The notes under the pieces are model-generated. The model was not told the DNA's origin, did not search any database, and saw only the letters and a program-made list of their open reading frames with translations. A stretch of DNA of 63,146 nucleotides, taken from Trichoplax sp. H2. Taxonomy: Eukaryota. Positions 58,659-63,146 of this stretch are shown one piece after another. Position 1 is the stretch's first letter. Every line of letters begins with the position of its first letter. The DNA lies in assembly GCA_003344405.1 (NCBI GenBank), contig NOWV01000211.1:62001-125146 (forward strand), read 5' to 3'. A program made the translations under genes and the position numbers.

Positions 58659-61130
58659 ATGATAAAGATGGCGATACTAGCGGATAGTCAACGATGGAAC
58701 AGAACGTGGGCCCTTTTCTGTGTGTTATTGGTGTCAGCTAGTGCTATTTCATATCTATTTTATCAGCTTAATGTAGCATCAATTCATTTAACTTACATAC
58801 CTTTATTCCCTTGGAATACAAGTTATTCTATCGGTAAGTTTTATTACTGTTCATAATCTGTTCTGTATATATATTACTGAGGTAGAATCTCATCACTCTC
58901 CTTACCAATTACTAGCTAAAGCTGCAAACGGAAATTACTTCCTTAGTAGCTGTAGTATTGTAGTTAAATCATGGTTGATGACGGTAAAGAAAAGCTATAA
59001 GTTTGTCATTGCCTTACCTTTACCTACTACTCTGAGCACGACTTAAAGATATTAAGAAATACATAATCAGTACAATAATTTCGTTAGGTCATTAAAATAG
59101 GTTATCTAACTGCGTACTTCGCGCCTAAAAATTTAAAGTTTAAATCTGCTTTAATTCTCGTACTCGTTAAGTCCAAACGACGTTTGTTCAATTTATTGAA
59201 AGAGTTTTCAACAATAGCTTAGCGTTCAAATAGTATAAAGTAGAGAATATAACTTAACAGAAACCTATAGATGTTTAAAACTTTTCCACTAGAACATATG
59301 AGAAATCTGAGTAGAAGATACAAAAGAAATGCTTCTTTCAATACTACTTATAGGGTACTTAAAGTAATTGTTGCCTACCGTGTTCAATGTAATTTATTTA
59401 TTGAAATAACATTATAGAATTAGCAGTTTGTTAGTTTTTCAGCTTGCTACTAGCAATTAATATCATTTCACTAGAACGTTAAATTCTATTATAACTGTCC
59501 TAGTTAATATAGGCCCAAAATTCTTGTATTACAATTATTGTGTAAATCTAGACTCGTAATAATACATCCTAGCAATATCTAATCTAGATAAAATGGCTAT
59601 TTTCTATACCTCAACAGACTCCGCTAATCGCTATAGAATGCCAACACTAGCTTCCATAGACCACCATGTAAGATTATAAGATTATTGATTTAAGTTACAA
59701 ATTATAATTATTCTTTTGTACCACTTACCCTTCAATATTGTTACGTGAGGGTAAAGGTGATTACTAATTTATTTTACTTTGGCTAATTGTAGACTAAAAA
59801 ATGTTTACAGATCGTCAAAGTTATTCGACATCGTTTGAATTATTTACAGAATCCAAAAGACTGTTTCAATGCAAAAATGGTCCTATGTGATGGCAGAAAA
59901 GCGGGTATGGGATCGACTCTCCACCATTGGGTTTACTGCTTAATTTATGCCTATTCCATTAATCGCACAATGCTAATTGACTTACACCATTGGTCCTATT
60001 TACGCAATTTTATCAGTAGACATGGAGTTAGGAGATATAAAGATCTCTTTAAGCCAATTTCAAGATGCCAAGTAAGTGTTAAGGATAAAAAATTGGCCGT
60101 ATTATGGTCAAAAGCATTCGATGGAAATGAAAGTACTGCAGCTCCAAGAATTATTAAAATCCCATCTCCAGGGAATTTGTTGGAGAAAGTAGGAGCTTTA
60201 CCGAGGATTTCACACTATGCCATGCCGACTGATATCTTTTACAAGGTAGTTCAATTTAAGCATAATCCAATGGCTTGGTGGATAGGAATATTAGCGCAAT
60301 ATATTATTCGACCCGCTAAGCAAGTTAGGCAATTTATTAGCAAATCAAGGGCAGATCTGGGCTTTCAATCGCCTATTGTAGGGGTCCATATTAGACGTAC
60401 CGATAAAAAATTTGAAGCTAAAATGTTTCCTATCGATGAATATATGACGAAAGTAGATCAATTTTTTAATAACTTAACAAAAACTGGATTGGATATTCAA
60501 ACCAAAAGGGTTTTTATTACTACTGATGATCCTACGTTAATAAAACCTATAAAAGAAACCTATCGAAATTACACGTTTCTACATCCTCCTATAGAACAAC
60601 TCACTGCTGGTACCTATAGCTCTAGATATTCTGCAAAACATTTAAAGTATTTTCTACGAGATGTTTTTCTCTTAGCAGAATGCGATTATCTTGTTGTCAC
60701 AATGTCATCAAATGTTGGTGGATTAGCTTACGAATTACATGAAGTTCTTTACGATACAACACGAAATCAACATTATACATCGCTCGATGTTGGCTATCGT
60801 ACCTTTGGTCAAACTTCAGCGAATCAAAGTCCGTCCATTATGCAAGCTACCAAAAGCTGTCCTAGTCAGAAGCAAACTGATCTTGATCTGCATTCCGGAG
60901 ACTTTATTGATTCCTGTAAAGTAGTATCCAAATCAAATAAGATGTATTATGGATATTCCATGCGCTTGAAAAAATTTGGCAATTTCCATCAAAGTTGCGC
61001 GAAATATTTACTGGACAATCATCACTATTACAATTACAGCCTAGCAGACTACTCACAACTGACTTTGAACAGAAGCCAAACTGTCGATAATGCTTGTTTA
61101 AAAACATCGATTGCCGATTTCATTTTATAA
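58659..61130 (+). CDS. FUT8: Alpha-1,6-fucosyltransferase-like (FUT8/GT23), type II membrane protein
   Basis: Exons 58659-58833 (TM anchor WALFCVLLVSASAISYLFY), 59618-59667 and 59793(or 59811)-61130, in frame. Motifs: YLQNPKDC, GMGSTLHHWVYCLIYAY, VGVHIRRTDK, VFITTDDP, DYLVVTMSSNV, and a degenerate SH3-like tail. Probably a lineage-specific paralog. Confidence 0.88.
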
Positions 61131-61775
61131 TATCTGACTATTGAGTAAGTTTCATTATTTGTGCCGCAGCGAATTTTCAATTTTGTATTTCTATATCCTG
61201 AGACTAAATTGCGGCCATGAATGTAAAATCCAGGAATTAGCTGCAATTGCAATATGTACAAATGTTATTGCGCGAAATCTAAGATGGGTAATCATCATTA
61301 TTACGATTAAAACCAATTTTTAACAGAAACCAAACTATCGATAATGTTTACTTACAAACATCGATAGCCGATTTCATGTTATAATATCTGACTATTGTGT
61401 AAGTGTCCTTTTTTGTATCGCAATGATATTTCAATCTTGTATTGCGATATCTTAAGACTATAGAATTGGATATATTAGCCAGGAAATAAGCTGCAATTGC
61501 AATGTTTCTAAATACTATTGCGCCAAGTATTTGATGGATGGTTATCATCATTACAATTATGGTGGAGTAGGTTACTTAAGCCGACTTTCAACAGAAGCCT
61601 AACTATCGATAGTGCTTGTTGAAAAATCGATTAACGATTTCATGCTAGAAATATATGACTATTGAGTGAGTGTCTTTATTTACACAACAGTGATTTTTCA
61701 ATCCTGTATTGATATATCCTGAGACTACAGAATAATAATTCTTAGTCAGGAAATAGACTGCAATTGCAATATTCG
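61017..61775 (+). repeat. Three diverged ~260 bp tandem repeats overlapping the FUT8-like C-terminus and 3' UTR
   Basis: AACAGAARCC.AACTRTCGATA..CGATTTCAT..TGACTATTG..CAGGAA..CTGCAATTGCAAT recurs at ~61068, ~61322 and ~61590. Confidence 0.85.
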
Positions 61776-62617
61776 TAGAAATTTAAGTTATTACTTGACT
61801 GAGAATTGAAAAGATTTAAATGGTGAGAGAATTCCATTTGAAATATTACATTTATTTATAAAGATCCATCAAAATAATGCTTAATTGTTCAGATAGCAAG
61901 GCAACTAATTGCGTTTCTGGGCTAAAGGATTCAATAACATCCTCCGTTGATAATATATACGCCAAGATTTCATTCTTATAGTCTGGAATTTGTGAATACG
62001 CTAACAATGAAGTGAACTGCCTAATTCTATGGTAGTTTTCGATAATATTTAGGCAGTTCGATGTTGCCTACTTCTAGTTCATTTTACGGATATTCTAATG
62101 TGAATGATTTGGGTTTAATTAAGTATCTATTTATTATCCGTAATAAGGGCCTATATCAGAATATTACAAAGAATGTAAATTACATTTTATTCTTCCTGTT
62201 CATCACTAGTAATTGACTGCTGCTGTTAATAGATATATTAAATGCAGAATAGATGGATCGTTAATTTTTGTTGAGCCATAGTGTATTTGTTAATAAAATG
62301 CAATTTTTAGTTATTAGTTGCTAATGCTAAAATCGGTACATCCTGAAACAAAGTTATGCGATTTTTCAATTCCCACTTTAATTAGTCTATCACTAACAAA
62401 GCATATTTTTGATCCAAGATATATTTGATATCAGATTTTTCTTCAGTAATATGGAAAAATACTTAAGGAATATTCTGTCAATAATTTTTAATGTTAGTCC
62501 AAGAGCGGATCGAAAGTTTCCGCTTCCATAGCACTCTTTCCTTTAATGACAGTTTGATACATTCTTGATGAAACATTGCCTTAAGAGGGGAAATTCATTC
62601 TGAATTTTGTACATAAC

Positions 62618-63109
62618 TGTCACAAAACAGCTTTGCAACAAGATAACGCAATATACGATCAATAAGTCAATTCCTTGAACCACGTATCAAGGAACGATAT
62701 CTGCACTATCACAAACACTTTTGCTCTACTAGCAGACTACACAAAGACTTAAACGCCTCGTATTTTACGTTAAACACTAAGTTGGACAATTCTTCTTTAT
62801 TTCACGATATACTGCGTTTATATACTATTCCTCAATAGTTTATGAGTCATAGCTAATACAATTAACATTAGAATCATTTACTGAATTAGATATTAATTTT
62901 AGCTACTGCTCCCTTAATGCAGACAACAGTATTTACGAACATAGACATGTAATGACTAATAAAGAATAGTCAGATTACGATATGTCCTATTACGGAACAT
63001 TTCCATGATAATTTACAGTCTACCATAAGTGAATTACAATCACAATGATTCGAACTGTAAGCAGATGATTTGCATTCCCTATTATAACTATTAATTTCAG
63101 TATGTGTAT
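62618..63109 (-). mobile_element. Family B LTR, apparently truncated
   Basis: Starts TGTCACAAAACAGCTTTGCAACA and is collinear with 48137-48625, then diverges before the window end. Confidence 0.85.
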
Positions 63110-63146
63110 AAGTGTGTAATATCGTTTTCACAGTAATTTTAGTCCA

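Noticed and set aside
61850..62600. Possible decayed coding sequence on the minus strand
   Set aside because: Multiple stops and no identifiable motif by eye; needs TBLASTX.

Overview
AT-rich eukaryotic (animal) genomic DNA with short GT-AG introns. The style suggests a basal metazoan such as the placozoan Trichoplax, but that is inference. Five genes are supported: the 3' part of INTS13/Asunder (+), two tandem 8-exon G-alpha-i genes (-), a 15-exon GABA-B-like class C GPCR (+, ~798 aa) and a FUT8-like GT23 fucosyltransferase (+). Upstream of the first G-alpha-i gene lies a ~3.6 kb domain saturated with CAGTA/TACTG/GTAC motifs, present in two diverged copies that differ by a ~460 bp inversion. 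Solo-LTR-like elements of at least six families with 4-5 bp TSDs are common, and some are nested. The most unusual feature is a 1468 bp insertion (16939-18406) whose empty site is also in the window. It is a Gypsy-type gag element bounded not by direct LTRs but by perfect 98 bp inverted copies of the LTR 3' end, and its tRNA-Leu primer-binding site is flipped relative to gag. Six 20-N gaps flank near-duplicated sequence that is probably two haplotypes assembled side by side.
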